NCBI GenBank assembly: GCA_965112735.1 | Contig: OZ218959.1 | Coordinates: forward strand, 434,001 to 498,000 | Reading direction: 5' to 3' | Length of the DNA stretch: 64,000 nt | Source of the DNA: Phaeosaccion multiseriatum | Lineage: Eukaryota > Protista > Ochrophyta, other classes | Shown: in pieces, positions 47,882-59,699 of the stretch | How positions within the stretch are numbered: position 1 is the stretch's first letter | Layout of the letters: each line of letters begins with the position of its first letter | The notes under the pieces: generated by a model | What the model saw: the letters and a program-made list of their open reading frames with translations, nothing else | Database searches by the model: none | What the model was told of the DNA's origin: nothing | Program-made: the position numbers and the translations under genes

Positions 47882-48898
47882 ATGTCTCGACTGAAAGTAG
47901 TGTTCGATGCAGCTCAGGGCTGTGTGCCGGACGATAATGCTGGCCTGACGAAGCGCTGGGTTCTGGTACCGCCACACCTGGAGAAGGTAGGCGATCTAGT
48001 GCACCACCTCTCCACCTTGCTGAGCAGCAAGGCGCGAAAGCGGGTGAAGAGCCTGCGATGCCTTGTTGAGGGGTTTGAGCTACCTCCGAGGGAGAGTCTG
48101 AGCTTGCTCAGGGAGCACGATGTCGTGGTCTTTACGGGAGGGGATGGTGCAGGGGATGTGAGCTGGGCGCCTTCGCCTGCCTCAGCTACTGCTACCGCTG
48201 CTGTTCAGGCCTTACCCTTCTCTCCTAGTGGCACTGCGAAGGGGGGGGGGGGTATAGCTTCGCCTGCACTGGCTTGCCCGGTCTCCACTCTTCCCGCGGC
48301 TTCTCCGAGCGGCACTGGTAAGAAACGGAGAAAGCGGAAGAGAGAAGGCGACGAGGGTACCACCGACAAGGCGACGCACACTCCGCAGAACGGGGCTGTG
48401 CCCAGTCAAGTCAAGGAAATCGTCAAAGGCACTTCCGCAAAGCAACCACGGGGAGGAGGAAAGAGCAAAGTGGCGACAGGAAAGAGCAAGGTGGCGACGG
48501 ATGTTCCCTCGCCTAAAGCCCCGAACGGAGCACAAACGGCAGGGAAGCAGAAGCAGCCACAGCAGCAAGAGCAGAAGCAGCAGAAACAGCCACAGCAGCC
48601 ACAGCAGCCACAGCCGCAAGGGAGTCAAGATGCAGCAGAAGCTAGCACGAAAAAGAAGAGAAAGAAGAAGAGGAGGAAGAAGAAGAAGCCTGGACTGAAG
48701 AGCCAGCAGCAGCCAAATGCCCAGAGCGCCGAAGTCGTAGTCGGGCCTTCAGTTCCCCCACCTACTACCTCTTCTACGAACTCGGCTCCGAGCTCGGCTC
48801 CTCCCAAGACAGGGGCTGTGCCGTCCACCAAAGTCGCGAACGGGGTAAAGAACACCGCAGCAGGCAAAGGCGCAAGCAGCAGTAGTAGTAGTAGTAGT

Positions 48899-48930
<32 letters not shown>

Positions 48931-49894
48931 TAGTAGCAGCAGCAGCAGCAGTAGCGACGATGACGATAGCGAGGGGGGTGAAGGTAGCGACAACGGCAGT
49001 GGGAGTAAAAGCAGAAGTGAAGGGAATAGCATGGGAGGGGCAGAGGGCAGCAGCCAACATCCCGGGGGGCAGGGCTTGAGGCCATCGGGTAGAGGCAGAG
49101 GAGGGGGAGGGGGGGGGGGGCATGCTCCTGGGAAAGGCCTGGCGTCGGGGCGAGGGAGGGAGGGACAGGGCATCCCCAGCCCGAGCCAGCAGCCACACAC
49201 GGTGTGGGCCCCTCCCTCCCGAGGGGGCTCGGTGGGCGGGCTGCAGAGCGGGGCAAGTGGGAGGGGTGATGGCCGTGGGACGGAGGGTGGCGAGCGGAAG
49301 AGGAGAAAGACCACTGGAGAAAGGCAGGCCCAGAGCGCAGGGGGTGCCACTCGTGCCCAAGAAGGGGAGCAGGAGGAGCAGGAGGAGCAGGAGGAGCAGG
49401 AGGAGCAGGAGGAGCAGGAGGAGCAGGAGGAGAGACCATGGCCACGGCACGTCAACGGTAGTGGCGACGGTTGGAAGAGGCCCTACAGTGTGATATCAAG
49501 TGTGCACGGCCAGGCTGCAGGTCAGGCAGGTACATCAGCAGCAGCAGCAGCAGCGGCCCGGAGGGGGGTCTCAGCGTTAGAGGCAGCAGCGGCGACGGCT
49601 CCTCTGTGGCCGTCTGACCTGGAGCCCTCTGTGGGCGACCACATCGCCTACCAAGTGCTGTCCTTATCGGAGACCACCTTCAGCCCCGAGCTGAGCGGAG
49701 TGCTCGAGGCGGTGGTGGCGACGGTGAAGGAGGGAGGACAGGTCGTGTTGCGGGAGGGTGGATCGGCGGAGGAGGGTGAGGAGTACATCGAGCAGTGGGA
49801 TGTCATGTCGAGCATCAAGGTGCTGGGAGGGCCCGCCAAGGAGGAGGTGGAGAGGAGGGAGCAAGTGCTGGAGAGGTGGAAGGCTCTATCCTGA
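47882..49894 (+). CDS. COIL: Coilin (Cajal body scaffold), intronless
   Basis: N-domain RLKVVF...RWVLVP...VGDL...VEGFELPPRESLSLLREHDVV; KKKRKKKRRKKK localisation signal; poly-Ser/acidic tract; RG-rich segment; C-terminal Tudor-like PSVGDHIAYQVLSLSETTFSPELS. Alternative ATG at 47813. Confidence 0.82.
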
Positions 49895-50733
49895 GGAGTC
49901 GAGCAGCGTCGAGGGGGGGCGGGTACAATACCTGCTTGGGGAATGACGGCCCTGGCCAGGAGAGGCGGAAGAAGGCCCTTTGCCCTTTCTGAAGCTCCAA
50001 GGCGGCAAGTCGAGAGAAAAACCTTTTCATAATACATCCTATGCGACGACGTGTCGAGCGATAAATTTCAATTTGATGAGTCCTACTTACGAGCTCAACA
50101 ACGGACTGCGGGAGCAATGGTGGAGCTGCGTTAGATGCTACGAGCCCCAGACCGCACGTCCAATGCCATAGCTCCACAGCTTCGAGCAGAGGCATCCGCA
50201 GGCTTTCATTTATTGACTTCATGGGAATAACCTACACTGTAAGAAAGCTCGGGCAATAAGCGACTCACAACACAAAATGACAGTCGGGGGAGAGGTGTTT
50301 TTGAGCGTTTTGTGGTTTGTCTTTCGTCTTGGCCTCTACGCGGCACAAGACGCCACTTGCCGACGAAAGCATCTAGTGCGCTTGGTGGAGAGGGCATGGA
50401 GGGAGCGGGGGCAGCCGTTCGACACCCTTGGGAAACGGTTTTACAATCGAAACGCAACAGAAATTACTCTCGCCTACCAGCCACCGGTAAGGAGCTCTCT
50501 CACAGGAGAGAGGATGCATTCGCTGCACAACGCTGGGCCGCGCACCGCGACGACGGACGGACGAGCTGACTCAGAGAGAAGAGTTTGTAGAAGAGAAATG
50601 ACCCTGTGCTGATTGAGAGAACTTGACTAAGCAGCGTCCCTCTCCTCACAACTCACAACCTTGGAGCCCCTGGACCCTTACCAGTGGCAGCAAACTCTTC
50701 AGCCTTCAGTCGCTCTTCATAAAGTTCATCATC

Positions 50734-52302
50734 ATGAGCCGTGTGGCCTGCTCCTGCCTCGCCCTGTTGGGCCTCGTCCTCTTCAGCCCTCCCACCCTGG
50801 CGTTAGCTTCGGAGAGGAGGCCGAATCCCGTCAATCAAGGAAAGCACATGGCGAGGAGACTCAAGACCGGTAAAGAGGTCCCTGCTGCTGCCACCGCTAC
50901 TGCCTCTGCTGGCGGTGTCTCAGTCTCTGCTGGCGGTGCCGCAGCCACTGCTGGTACTGGTGGTGTCTTTGCCTCCGCTGGTGGTGCCACTGCTGCTGCT
51001 TCCGGTGGAAACCAAGAACAACAACAGCAACCACTTCAGCAGCAGCAACAAGACCAAACATGGCAGACAACGTGGCAGACCGGAGCGGGAGATGACGGAC
51101 AACAAGGACAACAAGGAGGGAGGCCGGCTCCCGCCCCCGCCCGGCCTGCGCCTGCTGCACCCGTCCAGCCTGCGCCCGCCCCCGTTCAGGGGGGAGGAAA
51201 GCCTGTGAAGCCTGCTCCCACCACCCCCGCTCAGGGAGGAGGGAAGCCCGTGAGGCCTGCCCCCGCCCCCGCCAACGACCCCGCCCCCACTCCCGCCTCT
51301 CCAGCAGCCCCTGCCACTGGGGGGGGCTGGCAGAGCGTGATCCTGGACAAGCACAACAGCTACAGAGGTCTGCAATGCAAGACCCCTGCCCTGCAATGGT
51401 GAGCAACGCACACTCGATTCAGGCAGGCTCATTCTTTCCGTTGATGTTTCGTTTAGTGGTCTTTTGCTGGCTCTCTTTCTGATCTGTCCGTCTGGCGATG
51501 CCAACGTTCCGCTGCCTCCCCTCTCCCTCCTCTCCCTTCCTCTCCTCTCCTCTCCTCTCCTCTCCTCTCCTCTCCTCTCCTCTCCTCCCCTCTTCTCTTC
51601 TCTCCTCCCCTCTCCTCTCCTCTCCTCCCCTCCCCTCTCCTCTCCTCTCCTCTCCCCTCCTTTCCTCCCCTCTTCTCTTCTTTCCTCCTCCATCGTGCAG
51701 GGACGATGCCCTCGCGAGTCAGGCGCAGGCGTGGGCCGATCAGATGGCCGCCTCACAGAGCCTCACGCACAGCGGCGCCGGCGGAGTCGGAGAGAATATC
51801 GCCTTCAACTCCGGCTCGGACTTTGTCGAGATCGCCACGTGGTCTATAGATCAGTGGTACGTGCGTTAAGGATATGCGTACGAGGCTCAGGGTGATGGCA
51901 CTGGATGGTCACAGTCCGGGCGGTGGTGGTGGTGGGGGAGGCCACGACAACATGGCCAATGATGCCATTCGCTCAAAGGGCTGACGGCAATGCAATTGCG
52001 TAGAGAGTGATGAATAAATGACGCGCCGCCCTCTCTGACTGATGCGCCCACCCACCCATCCCGCCTCCGTCTGTTGCCATCCGCCGCGCCGCAGGTACGC
52101 TGAGATTTCACTGTGCGCCACGACGGCGTGCGACGGAAACCTCGGAGCCACGGGCCACTTCACGCAAGTGGTGTGGGTAAGCAGCACCAGCCTGGGCTGC
52201 GGCGCGAGCGAGAGCGGCGGGTCGGTGTACGTGGCGTGCAACTACTCCGAGCAGGGCAACATCACCGGGCAGTTCCAGGAGAACGTGCTGGGCCTGTGCT
52301 GA
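50734..52302 (+). CDS. Secreted CAP/SCP/PR-1 family protein with Pro/Ala-rich linker, 3 exons
   Basis: Signal peptide; ILDKHNSYR...LQW/DDALASQAQAWA...HS...GENIA...SIDQW/YAE...TGHFTQVVW...LGCG...YVACNY...GN. Confidence 0.93.
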
Positions 52303-52480
52303 GTGCGGATCTGAGCAAGCAGTCACCGGTGTATCCTTTGGGGCAAGCTGAGGCTCTAGCGTCAATCTGATTGGCGCATGACCGCATGTGCATAGAGGAC
52401 TAGAGGGACAGTGTCAGCAGTGTGCATAGAGAAAGTGGTGGGGAGTGGCTGTGAGCTATTCGCACACACGAACCCCCCAC

Positions 52481-52607
52481 TCGACCCCCGAAGCACTATC
52501 CGCTATCCGCTATCGCCGGCGCCAGCCGGTCCGCTATCCGCTATCGGGCCCCCCGGGGCCTGATAGCGCGCTATCGAGAATGTGGGCGATAGTGCGTCAG
52601 GGGTCGA
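52481..52607. mobile_element. MITE-like palindromic element with imperfect 20-bp inverted ends and inner CACTA..TAGTG
   Basis: tcgacccccgaagcactatc vs reverse complement of gatagtgcgtcaggggtcga (18/20 match); six internal CGCTATC/GATAGCG motifs. No convincing TSD. Confidence 0.4.
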
Positions 52608-53083
52608 ACCCCAAATAAAGAGAGAGCATAAGAGTCTTCTGCTTTCTCCCGGATTGACTCCCACCCCTGTACTTATTACATGAATTGAAAATAGAGAGGC
52701 CCTATAAAGGAATAAGAAACTGAAAGTGTGAATGTGAAGTGTGTGTGTATGTGTGTGTGAGCGGGCGACTTTATTGACTTAATAGGAATCACCTAAGAAA
52801 CTGAAAGTGTGAAAGTGTGTGTGTGAGCCGAGAATTGGAGGCAGGATTCGGTGAATCACATTTGGCGGTGGAGAACAATGCGTGTATATAAAAATTGGTG
52901 GCAAAGGGGTTTTGCATCGACCCCGAATTCAGCCCGGAAGGAAACAATATACAAAAATACAAAAAGCAGGAAGAGAATGCAATGAAGAGAACCGCTGCTC
53001 CAAAATTAGGATAATAAGGGAGGGGGGGAGAGGGAAGAGAAAGGAAAGGAAAAGAGCGAGAGGGAAAGAAAAACTGGGGGAAG

Positions 53084-56000
53084 ATGTTGGCCTTGCCGTA
53101 CACAGAGGACTCTCCTGCATTCCGCCACTCGCTGAACGAGAGGGTGGCCGTGTGCGCCGACGCCAGCGCCTACCTCAAGCGGTGCTGCCACGAGGTCAGT
53201 CTCTTCAGCACGGCGTTGCAGAACCTCTCTCGGCAGAGCCACGCAGTGGCTGCTGTACTCGCGCTCGCTGACTCAAAACTGGGGGCGTTCAATGTAGAGC
53301 CTGACTTATCAGTAGACGAGCGAGTAGAGGCAGGTGCTGTCCATGAGCCAGCCTCAGAGAATAGTAGCGAGTCGGGGCCAGGACCAGCCTCAGAGAATGG
53401 TACCGAGTCGGGGCCAGGACAGCAGGCCGAACCTGCAACAGAGTCTGCCTCAGATGCCGGCAAAGGGGCAGGCAAGGGCAACATCACGTCGGTCCTGGCG
53501 AGCTTCGGCCTCATCTTCCGCGAGGTAGGCAACGCGCAGGGTATGATGGTGGACTGCCTGAGCTCGGCCCTCGCGCAGCCGCTGGCCAGGCTGGCACGGG
53601 AGGACCTCGACGGACTCGTCAAGGCCGACAAGCAGCGCAAGGGCAAGCAGGTCAGGGGGGGAAGCAGGACGGGAGGGGAGAGGAGGGGAGGGAGTATGCA
53701 GAGAGCCAGGGGAGGGGATCGGGCAAGCAAGCAGGTGGTCAGAGGGAGGGGAGAGGAGGGGAGGGGGCTAAGGGCTGAAGCGCTGAGACCTACGGTGGCC
53801 GGCACTTCCCCTGAGGCCTGCGTGTCCGGACCAGGGCCTTGTGTCCGTCAGACAATACGAGAGGAGATCAAAAGTCCCCGCTCTTCTCCCGTGTCCTCTG
53901 TGCCCCTCCTTCTCTTGATGCGCCCCTGTCTCTCCCCCCCCCCACCCCCCCATCCCCCCTCCTCTTCAGGAGCATTTCCAATCCTGCCTACGCAAGTATA
54001 CGACGGGGGCGCTGCGCAAGAAGGGCGTGGCAGACTCCTCTGTCGACCTCAGTGCCGCACGGCTGGCAGCCTCGTACGGCGACTTCGAGAAGGCCCGGCT
54101 AGATGTTGTCGCTAGGTGAGAATGTAGAGAGGGAGGAAGAGGGAGGGACGGGAGGGAGGGACGGAGGGAGAGACTGCAACACCACCCCCCCCCTGTCCCA
54201 TGCAATACCCCTGCCCCTGTCCCATGCAATACCCCTGCCCCTGTCCCATGCAATACCCCTGCCCCTGTCCCATGCAATACCCCTACCCCTGACCCATGCA
54301 ATACCCCTACCCCTGTCCCATGCAATACCCCACCCCGGTGTAGACTGTCGGTGCTAGACAAGCAAGTGAGTCTTGACGCAACGGACAGCGTCCTCGCCAC
54401 CACCACCGTCATGGAAACATACTTCTCCTTCTGCAGGCACCAGCTCAAAGAAAGCAAGCTTGGGTCGGGCGGAGAGGGCGTGGCTCGCCAGAGACAGACT
54501 GTCGCAGTGGCGAAAGAGCTACGGGCCTCTCAGGGGGCCGCGGCAGCCCTCACAGAGAAGGTCAGAGACATTCTGACGCTTCTGCCGGACACGGAGGACG
54601 TGTTGGGAAAGGGAGGAGGCAAGGGCAAGAAGGACAGCAGCGGGGACAGCCCCGGGGGTCCGGGAGGGGGCGGCGCTTCACCGCAAGTATTCAGTGGGAA
54701 GAAGGCGCTGAAAGGGGCGGATGCGGACGGGATTTTGGCGCTGATCCGTGTGTCGGCGGCGGAGGCGGAGGAGAGGCACGGCTACTTTCAGAGTGCACGG
54801 AGGATGAGGGAGGAGGTGTTCGAGCCCATTCGGAGCTCGGCCTCGTCCATGGGGTTGTTAGAGGTGCACCCACCGGCCCGCCCCGCTTCTCCCACGGCAG
54901 CGGCAGTGGCTATGGCGGGGGAGGGGGGAGGGGAGAAGGAGGGGAAGGGGGGAGGGGAGGAGGCAAAGTCCGGTGCGGCGGAGGTGGGGGGGATGGAACG
55001 AGGGAGGAGCGCTGGAAGTGACGGCGGGGGGGGCGGTAGGCTCAGCTCAGGTCCCGCGGTGGTGAAGGAGGGGTATATCGGGAGGAGGCACACGGGTACG
55101 CTAGGGTATAACTGGAAGCGGTACTGGTTCGTGCTTGACGCCTCTAATCTCTACTACCTCAAGGGCAAGGACAGAAGCAGCGCTATTGACTGGACAAGGG
55201 GGGGTGGGGGAGGCGACAAGGACGGCAGTGGAGGAGGAGGAGGAGGAGGAGCAGGAGCAGGAGGAGGAGCAGGAGGAGGAGCAGGAGGAGCAGGAGGAGG
55301 GGGTGGAACTGCTGCCTCTGTCGCTACGAACCTCCGGAGGAAGTCCGCCATTGCTCTTTTGGGCAGGCACGGGAAGAGTAGTGAGACCGTGGAAACCTCC
55401 AAGGAACCGCAGCAGCCGCAGACACAGCAGCAGCCGCAGCAGTCGGGGGTGCAGGAGGAGGAGGACGACGAGGGGACAGCGGGCGAGCGGGTAGTGGTGT
55501 GCGATATCAAGCTCTCCTCCGTGCGAGAGAGCGACGCCGCCACATCGGAGACATTGTGGTGTTTCGAGATTCACAGCGCCAACAGAAAGAGCTTCATGCT
55601 GCAGGCCGAGGGGCCGGACGAGTGAGTGTGGGCGCGTGTTATGTGGGCGTGTGTCGAGGGGTGGTAGAGCCACCTACCCCCCTACCGAGAGAGAAGAGAG
55701 CGATAGAGAGAGAAGAGAGGGAGTGTGTGCCGTCTTCCGCTTCCCTCCCCTCCCTCCCTCCCTCCCTCCCTCCCTCCTCCCTCCCCGGCCGTTGCTCATG
55801 CATATCTCCTCGCCCTTCACAGCCCCTCCTCCACCGCGTCCCTTTTTTACTCCTCTTGTGTATCACCAACTGCCCAGGCTGAAGGACTGGATGGAAGCCA
55901 TCAAGGGTACCATCGCCAGCGAGTTGTCCAGCAACCACGCGGCGCCAACAGCAGCATCCACCTCCTCACCCCGGCCCAGAAACCTACCCCTGCCTAGCGC

Positions 56001-58640
56001 CGGCGGCGGTGGTGGCGACGACAGCGGTGCCTTGTCCGACGGCGAGATGTCCTCTCCCTGCTCCTCACTGTCACCGGGAGGGCCTGCGGGGGAGTACCAT
56101 TACGGGTCTCTCTCCAGGTGAGGAGGGGAGGGAAGGGAAGGGAAGGGAAGGGAAGGCCGAAGGGAGGGGAGGGGAGGGAAGGACGAAGGGAGGGGAGGAA
56201 CGGGGCAGTGACTGGGGCACAAACCACAAACCCACGCCTGTTGATGCTCATCAAATCCAATCGACAATCGCCCACCCCCCCTTGCCGATGGCGTCTTCTG
56301 CCCGTCTCCCTCTCTGCTTCTCTCCTCACAGCCCCAAGCAGCGCGAAGGCGAAGGCGAAGGCGAAGGCGGCGCCGAGAATGACGCTTCCCCTCCACCGCC
56401 CCCCTCCCCCCCTCGGAAGAGCGCCGCCGTGCTGGCTCTGATGGAGGCCAACCCTTCCTGTGCAGAGTGCGGGGCGTCAGGGCCGAGCTGGATCAGCCTC
56501 AATCTAGGGGTGCTCATTTGTATTGAGTGCAGCGGCATACACCGCAGTCTAGGCACTCACGTCAGCAAGGTGAGCGGCACAGCTCTCTCGTTCTCTCTCC
56601 TCTCCTCTATTTCTCTCGCTCTGTGTGTCTCTCTGTCTCTCTCCTCTCTCTCTGTCTGTCTCTCTCTCTCTATTTCTCTCTGTTTCTCTCCTCTCACTCT
56701 CTCTGTCTCTCTCTGTCTCTCTCTCGTCTGTCTCTCTCCTCTCTCTCTGTCTGTCGCTGTCTCTCTCTCTGTCTCTCTCTCTCTCTCTCTCCTCTCTCTC
56801 TGTGTCTCTCTCTCTTTCTATCTGTCTCTCTCCTCTCTCTCTCTGTCTCTGTCCTCTCTCTCTGTCTCGCTCTGCCTCTCTCTCTGTCTCTCTGTCTCTC
56901 TCCGTCTCTCTCTCGCTGTCTCTCTCTCCTCCATGCATGCGGCGTCTTCGTCGTGTCCCCCCTCCCCTCTCCCCCCCCCTCCTTCCCTTCACCCTCCCTT
57001 CCCCTTCCCCTTCCCTTCCCGTTCCCCTTCCCCTTCCCCTTCCCTCCCCTGTTCAGGTGCGCTCTCTGGAGCTGGACGACATCGACCCGCTTGCCCTTTC
57101 TCTCGTGGGGCGTATAGGAAACGAGAGGTCCAACGCGGTATGGGAGGCAGGGATGGAGGAGAGGGAACGCGCACTGAGGCAGCGAGAGGCTGAGGCCATC
57201 AAGGCAGAGAAGGAGGTGAGCACCGCCCTGGCCCCCCTGGGCAGCTCCACGACCCGACGGAGACAACGCAGACCCTCCATCCACCGACCCTCGGAGGACT
57301 CATGCCAAGTGACCAAGGAGAACTGGATCCGAGCCAAGTACGCCCAGTTAGGCATGGGGGATGTAAAGGCCCTGAGTGCTCTCTTGCTTGCCCACAAGCA
57401 GCGCTCAGAGGGGGTGAGCGAGGTGTACGCGGCTTCTCTAGCAGCTGTGCCGCCGGAGGAGGTGCTGGAGCTGTTTGCAGCGGCGGAACGAAACGACTGC
57501 GCAGGAGCCATGGCAGCGCTCTCCAAGGGGGCGGTGCTGGCCTGGAGGCACGGAGGGAGGCAAGCCAAGACAGTGCTACACGTGGCCGCCGCTGCGGGGG
57601 CTCTGGAGGTGGGTGGGGGTCAGGATGCGGAGGGACGGAGGGAGGGACGGAGGGAGGGAGGGAGGGAGGGACGGAGGGAGGGAGAGAGGGAGAGAGGGAG
57701 GGAGGGAGGGAGGGAGGGAGGGATGGATGGAGGGAGCGAGGGAGGGAGAGTGTTGGGAGGGAGGGAGGGATGGAGGGGAAGGGGGAAAGGGGGGAAGGGA
57801 GAGAGAGAGAGAGAGGGAGGGAGGGAGAGAGAGAGGGAGGAAGTTAGGGAAGGGAAAGAATGGAGCGTGTTGGGATGTGTGGGGGTGGGGGCGCTCCCAA
57901 GGTGGGTGGGCTCGCATGAGTGGGGGGGCTGTGACGTGTGTGACGTGTGTGACGTGTGTGACGTGTGGGCTTCGGCAGGAGGAGAGAGGGAGCGAGAAAG
58001 AGAGGGGGGCTCCGTGGGCACCGACTCTGCGGCAGAGGCGATCAGTCAGTCCATCAGTCAGTCGATCAGTCAGTCCATCAGTCAGTCGATCAGTTAGTCG
58101 ATCAGTCAGTCGATCAGTCAGTCGATCAGTCAGTCGATTAGTCAGTCGATCAGTCAGTCGATCAGTCAGTCGATCAGTCAGTCGATCAGTCAGTCGATCA
58201 GTCAGTCGATCAGTCAGTCCATCAGTCAGTCGATCAGTCAGTCGATCAGTCAGTCGATCAGTCAGTCGATTAGTCAGTCGATCAGTCAGTCCATCAGTCA
58301 GTCGATCAGTCAGTTGATCAATCAGTCGATTAGTCAGTCGATTAGTCAGTCGATTATTCAGTCCATTAAATTACCACCCTTCGCCCCAGTCTGCGGCCCG
58401 CTCCGCCCCTCTGCCGCCCTTCTGTACTCATCCTGTTCTGTCCTGTGCATCCACTGCCATCCCCTGTCCTTTGCTGTGCTGTCCTGTCCTGCCATTGTCT
58501 AGTGCTGTGCGCTGCTGGTGCTGAACGGAGCCCCTCTCACTGCAGAGGACGACGACCACTTCACACCTCTGGACTGCGCCGTTCTTGCCAACAAGGTCAA
58601 GGTGGTGGAGCTGCTGTCGCTCAAGATGGAGGGGGTGTGA
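53084..58640 (+). CDS. BAR-PH-ArfGAP-ankyrin protein (ACAP/centaurin-beta-like), multi-exon
   Basis: EDSPAFR (BAR start); KEGYIGRR...WKRYWFVL...CFEIHS..SFMLQAE...DWMEAI (PH); [44 protein letters not shown]...WIRAKY (ArfGAP); [17 protein letters not shown]...TPLDCA (ANK). Confidence 0.95.
54189..54330. repeat. 24-bp minisatellite x6 (cccctgtcccatgcaatacccctg-like), intronic
   Basis: Direct inspection. Confidence 0.9.
56583..56930. repeat. Degenerate (CT)n tract, intronic
   Basis: Direct inspection; a similar tract lies at 35630-35830 (GA on the + strand). Confidence 0.9.
58040..58365. repeat. 12-bp tandem repeat (GATCAGTCAGTC)n, ~27 units, intronic
   Basis: Direct inspection. Confidence 0.95.
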
Positions 58641-58735
58641 TGTAGTGACTGCCACAAGACACGCACGTACATACACACATGCACACATACATATACCACA
58701 CGTACACACACGTACGCACGCACACACACGCATAT

Positions 58736-58775
<40 letters not shown>

Positions 58776-59699
58776 GACCCGTACTACAGGTTGTAGGGGA
58801 GTAGAGCAGAGCTACGAAAGACTGAAGGACTGCTTTTGCAGCAGTGCTTGGCAGTGCTTGGCTTTTTTTTTACTGTGGTCTCTTGAGATCACAGAGGGGG
58901 GGGGGGAGGGGTGGGAGCAACTGTAAACACGCGCTTGCTCCGTCTGGACTAAGTAATTGACAATTTCATTTTTTACGTGGATACAATATACCTCATGTAT
59001 AATTTCTTACAGACACACTCCTACATCCCACTGACTAATCCACTCCCTCATGACTCTTCCACCCACTCCCATCCACTGCCATCCCTTTTTGAAAACACAC
59101 CAACATACAACGTTGGGTTTAAGATCAAAGGCCGCTCTTGGTCAGTCCCCCTCCCCGGACGGGTCGTGTGTGCGTGCGTGCGTGAGGGGAAAGATGAAGT
59201 GCTCGCCCCATCGCCTCACCCACAGCTACACAGACAAACAAAAGCTGGCGCGCATCACTCGCTACCCAAACACTCATGCACTCACTCAATACACACCACT
59301 CACACACACTCACTCACTCACTCACTCACACACACACTCACTCACTCACTCACTCACATCCTCACACTCACTTCTCAGTCACTCACTTCTCAGTCACTCA
59401 CTCACTCACACACTCACTCACATCCTCACCCCCCTCCCTCACTCACTTATAAAAAGAATACATTCACTCGCTCATTCTCTCTCTCCAAGTCCCACCACAA
59501 ATACTCACTCACCCACCAAAACAAACACGCTAGTTGTAGTCCAATCGCTACACATATAACCACAAACACACACACACACACACAGCGCCAAACACTACAG
59601 CACTGCCTCACTGATCAGTCATCAGTCATCACTCCCCCCTCCTCATTCCCTCATCACAAGGGGAAGGGAAGGTCATCACTCCCCCCCTCATTCCCTTCA

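Noticed and set aside
50206-50612. FABP-like phrase DAFVGKWRLV (minus) and a possible plus-strand exon ending at a GTAAGG donor
   Set aside because: No convincing continuation exon or further motifs for either reading.
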